Of a stretch of 64,000 nucleotides of DNA, positions 50,201 to 62,312 are shown one piece after another; position 1 is the first letter of the stretch, and each line of letters starts with the position of its first letter. A model generated the notes under the pieces. It searched no databases. It worked only from the letters and a program-made list of their open reading frames with translations, and was not told the origin of the DNA. The position numbers were made by a program, and so were the translations under genes. Location: positions 896,001 through 960,000 of the forward strand of contig CAVOKF010000007.1 of assembly GCA_963696385.1 (NCBI GenBank), read 5' to 3'. The stretch comes from an uncultured delta proteobacterium. Its GTDB lineage: Bacteria; Myxococcota_A; Polyangia; Polyangiales; Polyangiaceae.

Positions 50201-53200
50201 GCTGCTCCGGCGACGCGCCGAAGCGGCCGGCGACCCCCACGATGCCGTGATCTGGCTGGAGCGTCTCGGAGAGCTCGAGGTCGACAGCCGCGCGGACCCG
50301 CAGGCGGGCGCGGCCGCCTGGAAGCGAGCCGCCCAGATCGCCGAATCGAACGGCGACGACGACAAGGCGCTGACGCTGTTCGCGCGCACCCGCAAAGTGG
50401 CACCCGACGACGGCGAAGTGATCGCTCGTCTTGCGGCGCTTTGCGAGCGAGGCGGACACTGGGGACAACTGCCGCCGTTGTACATGGCGCTCGGCCATCA
50501 CTGCGCGGACGATGCCGAGCGCGTCGAGCTTTCGCTGCGAACGGCGAAGCTGCTCGCCGATCGGCTGGGGGACGTCGGTACCGCGGCGCGGCACGCGGGG
50601 CGAGCGTTCGAACTGGCTCCTACCCGTTCGGACGTACTCGGTGCGTTCGAGTCGCTCAGCTTCGCGGCCGGCGCACTGGACACTTTCGAACGCGCGGTCG
50701 ACGAGGCGTTGGCTCGTTCGGAGGACGAGATCCCCAAGGACGTCCGGGCACGTTTGACCCTTGCGCGCGCACGGGTGCACGCGAGCGATCCGGCGCGCGC
50801 CGACCTGGCTGCAGAGGTCTACCGCGACTTGCTGCAGGACGATTCACTTTCGGCCGAATCCCGCGCGGACGCGGTATCGGCCTTCGAGGCGCTCGTCACG
50901 GCGGACGAGAATTCTCCCGCTCGGCGCGCCGATCACGAATGGCTCCTCGAGTGGCGGGCCAGCCGGGCGCCCGAACACGATCGGGCCGCACGCATGCTCG
51001 ACTGGGCGAGCGCGGTCGAGACGAAGTTCGCCGACCCCGCGCGGGCGTTGGCTCTGCACAAGCGCCTCTTGGCAATTGACCCGGAGTCGGACGAGGCGCT
51101 CTCGGCGATCGCGCGGCTGGGACTCGCGACGGGCGCCACGGATCTTGCGCTATCGGCGATGCGCACGCGTCGCGATCGATCCGAAGGGCCGCAACGATTC
51201 GTCATCGAGCGCGAGATCGCGCACGTGCTGTTCTCGCGAACGACCCGGTGGGAAGAGGCTCTCGAGTCGCTCGCAGCCGTGCTGACGGAAGCGCCGGGCG
51301 ACCCCGATGCGCTCGCGCTGGCGACCCAGGCCCTGGCCGATTCGTCTGCGCGTGCGGGTGCCTTGGGCTTGTTGGAGCGCGCAGCCGAGGCCACCGACGA
51401 TTCGGCCGTCCGGCAACAGATTCTGGCGAGCTTGCTCGAAATACCGGCCGGCGCGGCGGACGACGTGCGTCGAACCGGATGGTTCGAGCGGCTCTGCGAC
51501 TTGCAGTTCGATGCGGGCCTGTCGACCGACGCGCGGGTCACCGCGATGAGAGCGGTGCGGGAGATCCCGCACGTGTCCCGGCTCTGGGACCGCGCCGAGC
51601 AGCTCGCGCGTGACGTGCCCGGCGCAGACAAGGACGTCGCGGCCGTCTATGAGGAAGTGCTCAATCGGCCCATTTCACCCGCTCTTGCGGTCGCCATCGG
51701 GGAGCGCGCCGTCCACTTTTACGAGGAATGGTTCGAGGATTCGGCACCCGTAGCGCGTGTCTTGGAGCGCGTCCTGAAGCTCGACCCGGGAGCGAACTGG
51801 GCATTCGACCGCTTGAAGCTCCTGCTCGACGCGGCCGAGCGCTGGGACGATCTCTTTACGCTCTACGACCAGGCCCTGCTGTCAGCGACCGGCAAGAGGC
51901 GAGCGGCTATCCTCGAAGATGCCGCGCAGACGGCCAAGGACTTCGCGGACCGTCCCGATCGCGCGACCGACTACCTCGAACAATTGCGCGAGCTTCGGCC
52001 ACACGATGCACGATTGTCCGGCGCGTTGGAGCGCCTCTATGAGCGTCAAGGCAAGCATCGCGAGCTCGTGACCCTTCTGTCGGCGCAGCTGCCGTCGCTC
52101 GACGGCGACGCGGCGCTGCGTTCCAGGGCGCGCGTCGCCACCCTCTGGCTCGAGGAGCTCGGCGACCCCGAAGAGGCCTTGAATTTCTTGGAGCCCTTGC
52201 TCGACAAAAGCGGCGCGACTTTCCCCCGGGCCGCGGCGTCGGCCTCGTGGAGGCTTCTCGAGCGAATCCTCGAGGCCGCTTCCCTCTCCCCGGATTCGGA
52301 GTCGATTTCGACGACTTCGCGGCGCGGGGCCGGTGCCACGGCACTGCGCACCGTTCGTCAACGTGCGGCCGCGTGGCTGGAGGATCACTACACGGCTGTG
52401 GGCAACGACGCGGAGCTCGCTCGTGTGCTTCTGGTCCGTCTCGAAGCCGTTCAGGAGCCGGGCGAGCGAGCGCTCTACCACGTTCGTATCGCCGATCTGT
52501 TCAAGAACGTGGGCGACGTCTCGAGCGCGCTCGACCAGACGGGCCGCGCCGTCGTGCTCGCACCGGGCGACGAAGCCCTGCGGGCCAAGATGACCGAACT
52601 TGCCGAGCGAACGGGCAAGCTCGAGCAACTGGCGACCGTGCTCGCCGCTGCCGCCGATGCCGCTGGCTACGGTCGCTTGCGCGTGGAGCTCGCACTTCGA
52701 GCGGCGAGTGTGCGCGCCGATCGCCTGGGAGACACGGCGGGCGCCATTTCCCTTCTCTCGTCGATCTTGGCCGAGCCCGGCGCGCGCGAGCCAGACGTGA
52801 TGGAGGCCGCTCGAAGGCTCGAGCCCCTTCTCGAGACCGCCGGGCGCCTCGGTGAGCAGCTCGATCTGCTGGAACGGATCGTCGCGATCGAGCCCGATCC
52901 GATCGTGCGACAGGAAGCGCTCGGACGCGCGGCCCGGCTGGCCGTTCATCTCGGACACGCGACGCGAGCGGTGGCCCTCTGGGAGACTCGCCTGGCTGCC
53001 GACGAGCGTGACCGCGAAGCCCTCGACGGACTGGTCGATCTGCTCGAGCTCGACGGTCACGGCGACCGACTCGCTAGGGTGCTCGAGTTGCGAGCCGCGT
53101 GCATGACGGACGCCTTGCTCCGCCGCAACGATCTTGCGCGCGCCGCCATGCTCTACGGCGACGTGCTCGATCGACCCAACCGAGGCATCGAGATCTGGCG

Positions 53201-56200
53201 CGCGGTCGAGGCCGAATTCGGAGAGGCGCAAGACGCGAGAGAGGCTCTTTCGACGCTGCTGCGCGCAACGGCACGCTGGCAAGAGCTGGCCGACCACCTC
53301 GAGCGGAACGCCCTTCGAGCGATGGAGCCCAGACAGAAGGCGGATCACTGGAGCCAGCTGGGCGAGGTCCTCCGAGAGCAGCTCGGGGCGCGGTCGAAGG
53401 CGGTGAGCGCCTACGCCTCCGCGCTGACGTCGGAAGTGACCAACGCGCGGGCGCTCGGCGGACTCTTGGCGTTGACCGAAGATCCGGACCAGGGCGCGGG
53501 CGCGATCGGGGTTCTGCTCGAGGCCCTGCGACGATCCGACGACTGGCGTGAGATCCTTGCGCTCACCGACAAGCGAGTCGCCATGGCCGCGTCGCCTGGC
53601 GACAAGGTGATCGTGCTCTTGGAAGCCGCCGGGATCGCGGAGCATCGCGAGCACAGCGCCGACCGTGCGTTCGAAGCGATGCGAGAAGCCTTCTCGATCG
53701 CCCCGAAGGACCGGCAAGTTCAAGAGGAGGTTGCGCGACTCGCCGAGGCGGCGGGGGCCTGGCCCGCGCTCGTCCAGGCCTACCGAACGGCCATCGCGCG
53801 GACGCGCGACGACCAATCCTTCGAGGCGGAGTTTTGGACGAAGATTCGGCGTCACTCTCGAGGTTCGCTTGGGCGACCTCGAGGGGGCGCTCGACGCCTA
53901 CCGGCGGGTGGTGTCCCTCTCGAAGGATGGACCCTCGGCCTGCGCCGCCGTCCGCGCGGCAGGTGCCCTGGGCCGGTGGGAGACGGCCGCAAGCGTCGTC
54001 GTGGAGTTGGCGCCCTCGTCGAGTCAGGGCGCGGTCGACGCGATCGAGGCGCTCGAGCGCGCCGCGGCCGACGCACACGCTTGGGACGCGGCCGCGTTCG
54101 CCCTTGCCGATGTCGCGACCACGGCCAATTTGACTGGCGCAGCGGCACGCGACGTCCATGCACGAATCGCCGCATGGCACCGCGATCGACGCCATGACCC
54201 TGCGTCGGCCGAGGCCTCATTGCGAAGGGCTCTCGGGCCAGATCCGGAGAACACCGCGCTTCTCGACGCGCTGGCGCATCTGCAGCGCCATCACCCGGAT
54301 GAGCGATTGGTGGACACGCTCGTTTCGCTCTCGCGCGCCGAAGGCGGCAGCTTGCCGCTGTTGCGCGAAGCAACGGAGATCGCGCGCGACGTGCTCGACG
54401 ACGGCGCGATGGCCCTTCGGTTGGCAAACGATGTCCTCGATCTTTCGAGACAACGCTGGGGCGATGCGGGCCCGGCGTCGGTGGAACACGCGGTGTTCGC
54501 AGAGTGGGCGCTCGACGCCATCGCCGGGCTGTATGACGACGCCGGAGACGCCAAAGCGATGGTCGACGTGCTCGCCCTGGGCGACACGATGCCCTTCGAG
54601 CCCGACGTGCGCCGGAGCATGCGACAGCGTGCGGCGCGGTTGGCCCTGGACCGGCTCGGCGACCACGAGCGAGCGATTTCTCTCTACCTCTCGGTCCTCG
54701 AGGAGTCTCCACGAGACGCCGAAGCCATCGATCGGCTCGCGGCCATCTACCGCGCGCACGATCGGGGACACGACCTGCTCCGCCTTCGCGAGCGGCAAAT
54801 CGAGACGTCACCCGACGCGAGCGAGCGCATCGCACTCCGTCTGGAGACAGCCTCGCTTCTGGGCGAGCTCGGAGAGCCCGACCGCGCCATCGACGCGTTG
54901 CGGGACAACCTCCGCGAAAACCCCGTGGAGGAGAGAACGGTCGAAATGCTCGCCGCCGCTCTCGAAGGATGCGGGAGGTTTGCGGACCTTCGCGACTTGC
55001 TGATCGCACAAGCGGGCGGGGACCGACGCTCCGCGGACTTCTGGTACCGCGCGGCCCTCGTTGCCGCCGAGCGGCTGAACGACAGCGCCTCGGCGGAGAC
55101 CTATCACCAGAACGTCGTCGCGTTGGAGCCGAGAGCCGAGTCCTTCGATGCTCTAGCCGATCTGGCCGATCGTCGCGGTGACCGAGCGGCCGCTGCAGCG
55201 TGGCTCGAAAAGTGGACGACGGTGGTGCGACCCGAACAGCGAGCCGGGGCCACGCTTCGGCTGGCCGACGCCCTCGTCCGGGCAGGCGATGTCGATCGTG
55301 CGACGGAACGCCTCGATCGGGCGATCGCGGAGACGCCGAGCGAAGAGGCCCTACGGGCGCGGCTCGCAAGCATCTACCGGGAGCACGAGCAGTGGTCGAA
55401 GCTTGCTCGCGTGATTGCAGAGGGGGCCGTGTACGCTCCCGACAAACCGGCGCGACTGGAACGCCTGCTCGAAGCGGCCAAGCTGTTCGCGGAGCGATGC
55501 GCCGAGCCCGATCGCGCCGTCTCACTGCTCGACGAGGCCACCTATCTCGCGCCCGAGGATCACGGGATGAAGCTGAAGCTCGCCGACGCTCTCGCGCGGG
55601 CCGGGCGGCGCGACGAAGCGCGGGCCATACTGCAGTCCCGAATCGATGCCTTCGGCGGGCGGCGGCCGAAAGAGCGTGCAGGCGTGCACCATCAGCTGGC
55701 GCAGCTCGAGCTCGCAGCCGGCAATCGCGCGCGAGCTCTCGTCGAATTGGATGCCGCAGCCCGGGTGGACCCCCAAAATCCAGAGGTCCTCTTGAGGCTT
55801 GCCCGCCTCGCGCGGGACGACGGTCAGCTCGAACGCGCAGAGAAGAGTTATCGGGCGCTTCTGGTCGTTTTGCGGATGCCCGCGGAAGCGTCCGAGGTCA
55901 CGATCGCGCGCAGTGAGGTTCTGTTCGAGCTGAGCACGATTGCCTCCCGGCGAGGAGAGGGCGGCCGGGCCAACGAAATTCTGGAGAGCGCGCTCGAGGC
56001 TGCGGCCCAGAGTGACTTCGAGCAGGCCCGACTCGAAAGCGCACTTCGCGCATCCGGGGACGACGAGACGCTCGTGCGCGTGCTCGAAGCGAGACTCGCC
56101 CGCCTAGGGGGCTCACCTGAATCACGTGAATGGTCGATCGAGCTCGCCGGTGTCCTCTCCGGCCGACTCGGCCGCGCGGAAGAAGGCCTGAGCATGTGGA

Positions 56201-59200
56201 TGCGGGCGATTGCCATCGACCCGCTGTCGGCAGCCGAGCACGATGCGGCCTTGGCGCTCGCCCGATCGACGGGCCAAGTCCAACGCTACGTGGAAGGGGT
56301 GTCGCTTCTCGTCGATCGCGCCGCGACCACGGACGTGGCCGCTCAGCTCCTCAGGCGCCTCGGGGCCGTGGTGGAGTCGGACTCGAGGGAGGACGTCCGG
56401 GCGGCAGCGCTGTACGAAAGGGCTCTGGCGCTCGACCCGTCGTCGAAGCCACTCTTGCAAACGCTGGAGCGCGTGTACGACCGCATCGGCGACGTAGAGA
56501 AAGCCGCGGGGGCGCTCTCTTCGCTCATCGCGATCGAAACGCTCGAAGGAGGATCTCGAGTCAAAAGCAGCGCGATCTATCGCCTGGCGACGCTGCGCTT
56601 GTCGTTTTTGCACACGCTCGAAGAGGGAGCCGCGCTGCTTTCGACGGCGCTCGAAGGCGATCCCCAGTTCGATGTGGCCGAGCGGGCGCTGCGTGCCGCT
56701 GTGGCCCTCGACCCCACGTGCTTGCCGGTCCTCGAGCTGTACGAGCGCGTGGGACGCGAGCCGGGGTACGAGCGCACGCTGGCCGACGCGCTCCGGCTTC
56801 GCGCTCAACTACCGGGAGCTTCCGGGGACACGTTGCGCGAGGCGGTCGAGGCGGCTGTGCGGGTCGGCGACTCCACCTCGGCGGAAGCGCTCTTGGGGCG
56901 GTTCGTGGAGTCCGAGGCCCTCGCGGAGGCGGACCCCATCCACGCGTCGTGGGCGCTCGCCGCGCTTGCCGATTACCGGCAGCGAGCGGGCGATCTGCGC
57001 ACTGCACTCACCCTGAAATCCCGGGCCGCAGACGCGGCCGATCCGGATACCGCCCGACGGATTCGCTTCGAGATTGCGCGCATCGCGGCCGACGGGCTCG
57101 GTGACCTGCAGCTCGCCTCCGACACCTACTTGGCGCTGCATCGGGCCGACCCAGCCGATCGACAAGCCTGGGAGGCGCTCGCCGACACGTACAGGGGCCT
57201 GAACGAGACGCGCAAGCTCGTGGACCTGTTGGCCTCGATCACGGAGTTCGTCGATGACGTCAGCGAACGGGCCCAGCTTCGGTTCGAGCGGGTTCGTCTG
57301 ACTCGACAGCTCGGCCTCGACGAAGTCGATGCTGCGACGGCGTTGCGCGAGATCCTCGACGAAGATCCCAATCAACGGGACGCGGCACTCATGCTCGCCG
57401 AGATCTTCGAGCGCGCGGGGTCGCACGACGAACTGGCCGCCCTGCTCGCGCACCAGATCGAGGCGGCCAAAGATCGCGCCGACGCTGCGTCGATCGCCTC
57501 GCTTTCGTTGCGTCTGGGAGCGTTGCGCGAACCCGTGGATCGGTTGGAGGCGCGTAACATCTATTACACGGCGCTCGATTGGGAGCCCCAAGATCGCGCT
57601 CTGCTCGATTCGCTTTTGCGACTGCTCGGAGCGGCCGACAGCGCAGGAGAGCGGGCGGACATTCTGGAGCGCCGACTCAGCCTCGAGCAGGGACCCGGAG
57701 CCGAGTCGATGGCGATCGAGCTTTCGACCGCGCGCCTCGAAGCGGGAGACGAATCCGCCGCCGAGCGCGCGTTGGTTATCGGGTTTCGCGCGTTTCCTCG
57801 GAGTGTTCTGCTTCGCGAGCGACTCGAGAACCTCTACCGGCAACGCCGCGACCTCCGGCGCCTGGCGGAGCTGCTCGTGGCCGACGGGACCGCTCGCGAA
57901 GCGGCGAGCGAAAGGGTGTCGAGATTGCGCGAGGCCGCGGCGATCTGGTGGACGGAGCTGCGAGAGCCTCTCAGAGCCGCCGATGCCCTCGGACTCGCGC
58001 GTGAAGCGGCGCCGGACGATCTGACTCTGCTGCTCGATCAGGTCGACTTGCTCCTCTCCGGCGAGGACCGCGACAGAGCTTTGTCCGCGCTCGATCGCGC
58101 GATCGAGTCGATCCCGGCCGACCACCGCGGCCGTGCATCGGTCTTCGCAGCCCGCGCCGCGGTGCGTGCCGCCCGCGGCGACGAGCGCGGCGCGCTGGAC
58201 GATTTCGAGGTCGCGTTCTCGATGGATCGAGAGACCTACGCGGCGGCGTTCGCAGCCCAGCTCGATCGGGCACGCGCGACCGCGGACAGACAACGGGACC
58301 ATGAGGCGATCCGCGCGATCCAGCTACGGCGGGCCCAGGTGCTCCCGTTTGCCGGCGACATCGAAGGTTCTCGCGCCATCCTTTCGGCTTTGCTGGGAGT
58401 GGATGCGGCGGACCGCGACGTACTTCGGACCGCGGCCGCGCTCGAATCGGCGCTCGAGCAATGGGAGGCGGCAATCATCGCCTGGAGGCGTCTCGTCGAC
58501 ATCGAGGAAGGCGATCGGGCGATCGATGCGACACTGGCTCTGGCCGAGGCATGCGAGCGAGCCGGCCGAGCGGGGGATGCCCGCGAAGCGCTCGAGCGCG
58601 CCTTGCTCGGGGCGCGGGGGCACCAAGGCGTGCGCGCACGCCTCGAGCGAATTTACGAAGGTGCCGGCGCCTGGCACGAACTGGCGCGCCTCGCCGTCGA
58701 AGACGCAGCCGCGACGGGCGCCGTAGCCGACCGCGTGGCTCACCTCTTGCGCGCCGGATGGTTGCTTCTGACGCGGGCTGGAGACCCGGTGGGTGCCATT
58801 GTGCCACTCGAGGAGGCTCTCGAATTGCAGCCGGACGATCTCGATGGCGTGGCGATCCTCGCCGACGCGTACACCGCCTCGGGCCGGGCGCGCGAGGCTG
58901 TGGCGCGGCTCGAGCGAGCCATTCTGCCCTATCGGGGGCGCCGCACACGCGAACTGGCGGCGCTGCACCTGCGGCTCGCGCGCGCGGCACACGAGTACGG
59001 CGACGGATTCCGCCGAAGCCCTCTCGCTCACGCACGCTCTGGAGTGCGACTCGCAGAGCGGCGACATTTGCTCGGAGGTGGCGATTCAGGCGATCGAAAT
59101 CGGGCAGCTCGACATCGCCACCCGCGCCCTGCGCGCGGTGACGCTGCTCAAGGGCACCGCACCCATCAGCCGGGCGCTCGCGTATCAATACCTCGGCGAG

Positions 59201-59320
59201 ATCGCGCGCCGCCAGGGCGACCCCAAAAGAGCGCTCACGTTGCTCCGCCGCGCGCTCAGCGAGGACCCCGCCCTCGAGGGTGCGAGAGCACTCATCGAGG
59301 CCATCGAACGCGGATTCTAA
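47298..59320 (+). CDS. Giant TPR-repeat protein (~4006 aa after repair), AgmK/GltI-like architecture; apparent frameshifts at ~53845 and ~59008
   Basis: Continuous TPR-like helical repeats across ORFs 47247-54197, 53665-59376 and 58793-59320, joined by two single-base removals. Confidence 0.82.
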
Positions 59321-59389
59321 GCATACCGCCCCAGAACGGGATAGCTCTGGTACCGTTCAACGGGGCGCTGTACTAGGTCGGGACGCGGT

Positions 59390-59911
59390 TTACGGCGGTT
59401 CGAGCGCCAGCGCCTCGTAGAGGATCTGAAGCCGTTCCGAGAGCTCCTCGTTGTTCGGCTCGCATTGACACGCGCTGACGAGCTGTACACGAGCCTCGTC
59501 GAGCCTGCCGATCGCCAGGAGCCGATCGGCGACTCTGCCGAACTGTCTGCCGCGTTGGGTCACCGCGATCGTCTCCAGCGTGCGAGCGACGCGGGGTGGC
59601 GGCTTGGTCGATGGCTTCGAACCGTCCAGGCGCAGACGCCCCCGTGCGAGGGCCCGATCGTAGCGCTCGCGCAGCGGCGCACGCGAGAGGCAGCGGTACG
59701 CTTCGACCCCGCGCTTGAAGATGGCTTGGGCGACGGCGGTGACATCGGACGGTAAAGCTACGTACGAATCGGGATGGTAGAGGAGCGAGAAATCATGGAA
59801 CGCGTTCTTGATGGCAAGCGGAGTCGCGTCCCGCGGGACCCGCAAAATGTCATAATAACTCTTGCGGACTAGCGACTCGAGGAACACGCACAAAGCGTCC
59901 TTGGTCGGCAT
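59390..59911 (-). CDS. J-domain protein with C-terminal TPR-like helices
   Basis: SYYDILRV...LYHPD...EAYRCLS...RERYD; C-terminal GRLDEARVQLVSACQCEPNN. Confidence 0.85.
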   Translation of the reverse strand: MPTKDALCVFLESLVRKSYYDILRVPRDATPLAIKNAFHDFSLLYHPDSYVALPSDVTAVAQAIFKRGVEAYRCLSRAPLRERYDRALARGRLRLDGSKPSTKPPPRVARTLETIAVTQRGRQFGRVADRLLAIGRLDEARVQLVSACQCEPNNEELSERLQILYEALALEPP

Positions 59912-59918
59912 GGCAGGG

Positions 59919-62297
59919 TCAGGCCCGCGTCGCGGGAGCTCCGCGGGCCGATGCACGCTCGATCGGATGCGCCGCTTGACGACTCTGCATCGCTTGAATC
60001 TCGGCCGGTTCCGTCTGGGCGCCCACGAGCTCGATTCGCGCCCCGGTTTCACTCCCGGTCTTCACGTCGCGCGCACGGACGTTGAGGATACCGTCCACGT
60101 CGATCTCGAACGTTACGGCAATCTGAGCGTCCCCACGCGCCGCGGCCGTGATCCCGGTGAGCTCCAGCTCACCGAGAAACGTGTTCTCCGAAAAGCGCTT
60201 GCTCTCGCCTTGAGCGACGCGCACACGCACCGTCGTTTGGCCGTCGCTCGCCGTGGCGAATGTGCGAGTTCGATCGCATGGAACGGGCGTGTTGGCGTCG
60301 ATGAGCATGTCGCAGAACCCTCCCACGGTCTCGACGTTCAACGTAAGCGGCGTCACGTCGATTAAAAGCGGCGCGCGCGGTCTTTGGGGCACGACCGCGG
60401 CGGCTCGCGCGGGCTGCGGCTCCGCCGCTCGAGGCGGCGCAACGGGCGGCACGACGGGTGGAGACGGGTCCTCGGACGGCGAGGCCATTGCGCCCGGCGG
60501 ACGAGGCGGGGCCGGCGGAAGAGAAGGTGCACCGCGATCGACCGTCGGAGGGGCTTTCGCCTCCGGCACGTCGAAAACGAGTGGTTTGGAAGGAACGCGC
60601 GGAAGGAATTCGGCGTACGGAGCGCTCGACCCCGCCGCGTCCTTGGCCGTCAGAGACTCGCTGCTCGCCGACGTGGTTCGGCCGGGAGCTCGATTCCGTG
60701 GCCCGCGAGCCGGATCGGCCCGAGCGGGCGACTGCACGATCGGCAGATCCGGACTCGACCTCCGACGACCGGGATCGGCCCGAGCGGGCGACTGCACGAT
60801 CGGCAGATCCGGACTCGACGACCCGCGACCGGGATCGGCCCGAGCGGGCGACTGCACGATCGGCAGATCCGGACTCGACGACCCGCGACCGGGATCGGCC
60901 CGAGCGGGCGACTGCACGATCGGCAGATCCGGACTCGACCTCCGACGACCGGGATCGGCCCGAGCGGGCGACTGCACGATCGGCAGATCCGGACTCGACG
61001 ACCCGCGACCGGGATCGGCCCGAATGGGCGATTGCACGATCGGCAGCTCGGCGGGCACGACCCATTCAGAGGCTTCGGCGGACGAGAGAGCGATAATCGA
61101 GGATTCGTCGATGCGCGGGTGGGCGTTCGATTCGGCGCTGCGTGGCTTCGAGCGATCGAGGAGCCCGGCCTGAATGGCGGCGCCAAGAGCCACGACTTCG
61201 TCGGGATTGATCCGAACGACCGGAGGGCGCAGGAAAAATTGCTGGACCTTGCGCGCGACCAACGGCATGCGCGTCACGCCTCCGACCAGAATGACGCGGT
61301 CGAGGTCGCTCGCGGTAATGGCAGCCGCCTCGAGCGCTTGCTGGCACACCTTGAACGTGCGTTCGACGATGCCCAGCGACGCCCATTCGAGCTCGGGGCG
61401 CGTCATTCGAAAACGCCACGTGACCGTCGTGCCACGATCGCCTCCCACGATGTCGTCGACGGCGATCTCGAAATCCTCTCGGCTGGAAAGCTCGCGCTTC
61501 ATCCGCTCGCCGAGAATTCGCAGACGGCCAAACGCCATGCGGTTCGCGCGAGCGTCGAAGCGATGTTTTTTCAAGAGGTCGTCGGCCATCCGCTCTGCGA
61601 TGACGACGTCGATGTCGTCGCCGCCCAACGCGCTGTCGCCCGCCGTCGCCAGAACCTCGAAAACGTTGGGGGCCACGTCGAGTAGCGTCACGTCGAACGT
61701 GCCGCCGCCGAAGTCATATATCGCTACTCGCTCATTGGCCTTTACGCCCGGGCCATAGGCGAGCGCAGCCGCGGTCGGCTCGTTGAGTATTCGAAGGACG
61801 TCGAATCCCGAAAGCCGCCCGGCCATCTTCGTCGCGGCTCGTTGCAGATCGTTGAAGTTGGCCGGCACTGTGATGACCGCGCGCTCGACCGGTTCGCCGA
61901 TGACCGACTCGGCGATCGCCTTGGCCTGCCGGAGCACGAAGGCGCTGATCTCCGGAAGCGAGAACGTGTCGCCCCGCGCGACCACCAGCGTTCCGCCCTT
62001 CTGCCCCTCCCGCAGTTCGAACGGCAGCTTCTCGCGAGCCTCCCTCACCTCGGTGGAGTCCCACGGTCGGCCAATCAGGCGTTTGATCGAGTAGATCGTG
62101 TTGGGTGCATCGATCAGCCGACGATCGAGCGCACGGTGTCCGACCAGAACGGATCCCGACGGGTGGAAGGACACCACCGACGGGAGAAGACGGCCTTGTT
62201 CGGGTTCGTGAAGAGTCGCCGCGACGCCCTCACGGACTACGGCGATGACCGTGTTGGTCGTCCCCAGATCAATGCCGACGGCGAAGGCCATCGTCAC
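59919..62297 (-). CDS. Atypical Hsp70/DnaK family protein with long low-complexity insertion and no helical lid
   Basis: GIDLGTT, TVPANF, LNEPTAAALAYG, DFGGGTFDV, LGGDDID, NPDEVVALGAAIQA; linker LLIDVTPLTL; beta substrate-binding domain. Confidence 0.92.
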   Translation of the reverse strand: MTMAFAVGIDLGTTNTVIAVVREGVAATLHEPEQGRLLPSVVSFHPSGSVLVGHRALDRRLIDAPNTIYSIKRLIGRPWDSTEVREAREKLPFELREGQKGGTLVVARGDTFSLPEISAFVLRQAKAIAESVIGEPVERAVITVPANFNDLQRAATKMAGRLSGFDVLRILNEPTAAALAYGPGVKANERVAIYDFGGGTFDVTLLDVAPNVFEVLATAGDSALGGDDIDVVIAERMADDLLKKHRFDARANRMAFGRLRILGERMKRELSSREDFEIAVDDIVGGDRGTTVTWRFRMTRPELEWASLGIVERTFKVCQQALEAAAITASDLDRVILVGGVTRMPLVARKVQQFFLRPPVVRINPDEVVALGAAIQAGLLDRSKPRSAESNAHPRIDESSIIALSSAEASEWVVPAELPIVQSPIRADPGRGSSSPDLPIVQSPARADPGRRRSSPDLPIVQSPARADPGRGSSSPDLPIVQSPARADPGRGSSSPDLPIVQSPARADPGRRRSSPDLPIVQSPARADPARGPRNRAPGRTTSASSESLTAKDAAGSSAPYAEFLPRVPSKPLVFDVPEAKAPPTVDRGAPSLPPAPPRPPGAMASPSEDPSPPVVPPVAPPRAAEPQPARAAAVVPQRPRAPLLIDVTPLTLNVETVGGFCDMLIDANTPVPCDRTRTFATASDGQTTVRVRVAQGESKRFSENTFLGELELTGITAAARGDAQIAVTFEIDVDGILNVRARDVKTGSETGARIELVGAQTEPAEIQAMQSRQAAHPIERASARGAPATRA
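60711..61046. repeat. 60-bp tandem repeat x~5.5 encoding DLPIVQSPARADPGR(G/R)(S/R)SSP
   Basis: Units at 60721, 60781, 60841, 60901, 60961 plus degenerate 61021; two variants in order A-B-B-A-B. Confidence 0.97.
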
Positions 62298-62312
62298 CGA
62301 TAGTACATCACT

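Noticed and set aside
27313..59320. Calling cbpA-like, tamB and the giant TPR gene pseudogenes
   Set aside because: Each break is a single base in the same motif with no other decay, so a systematic read error is more parsimonious
60711..61046. Regularly spaced repeats as a CRISPR array
   Set aside because: No unique spacers, the unit is a multiple of 3 inside an Hsp70 reading frame, and no cas genes are present
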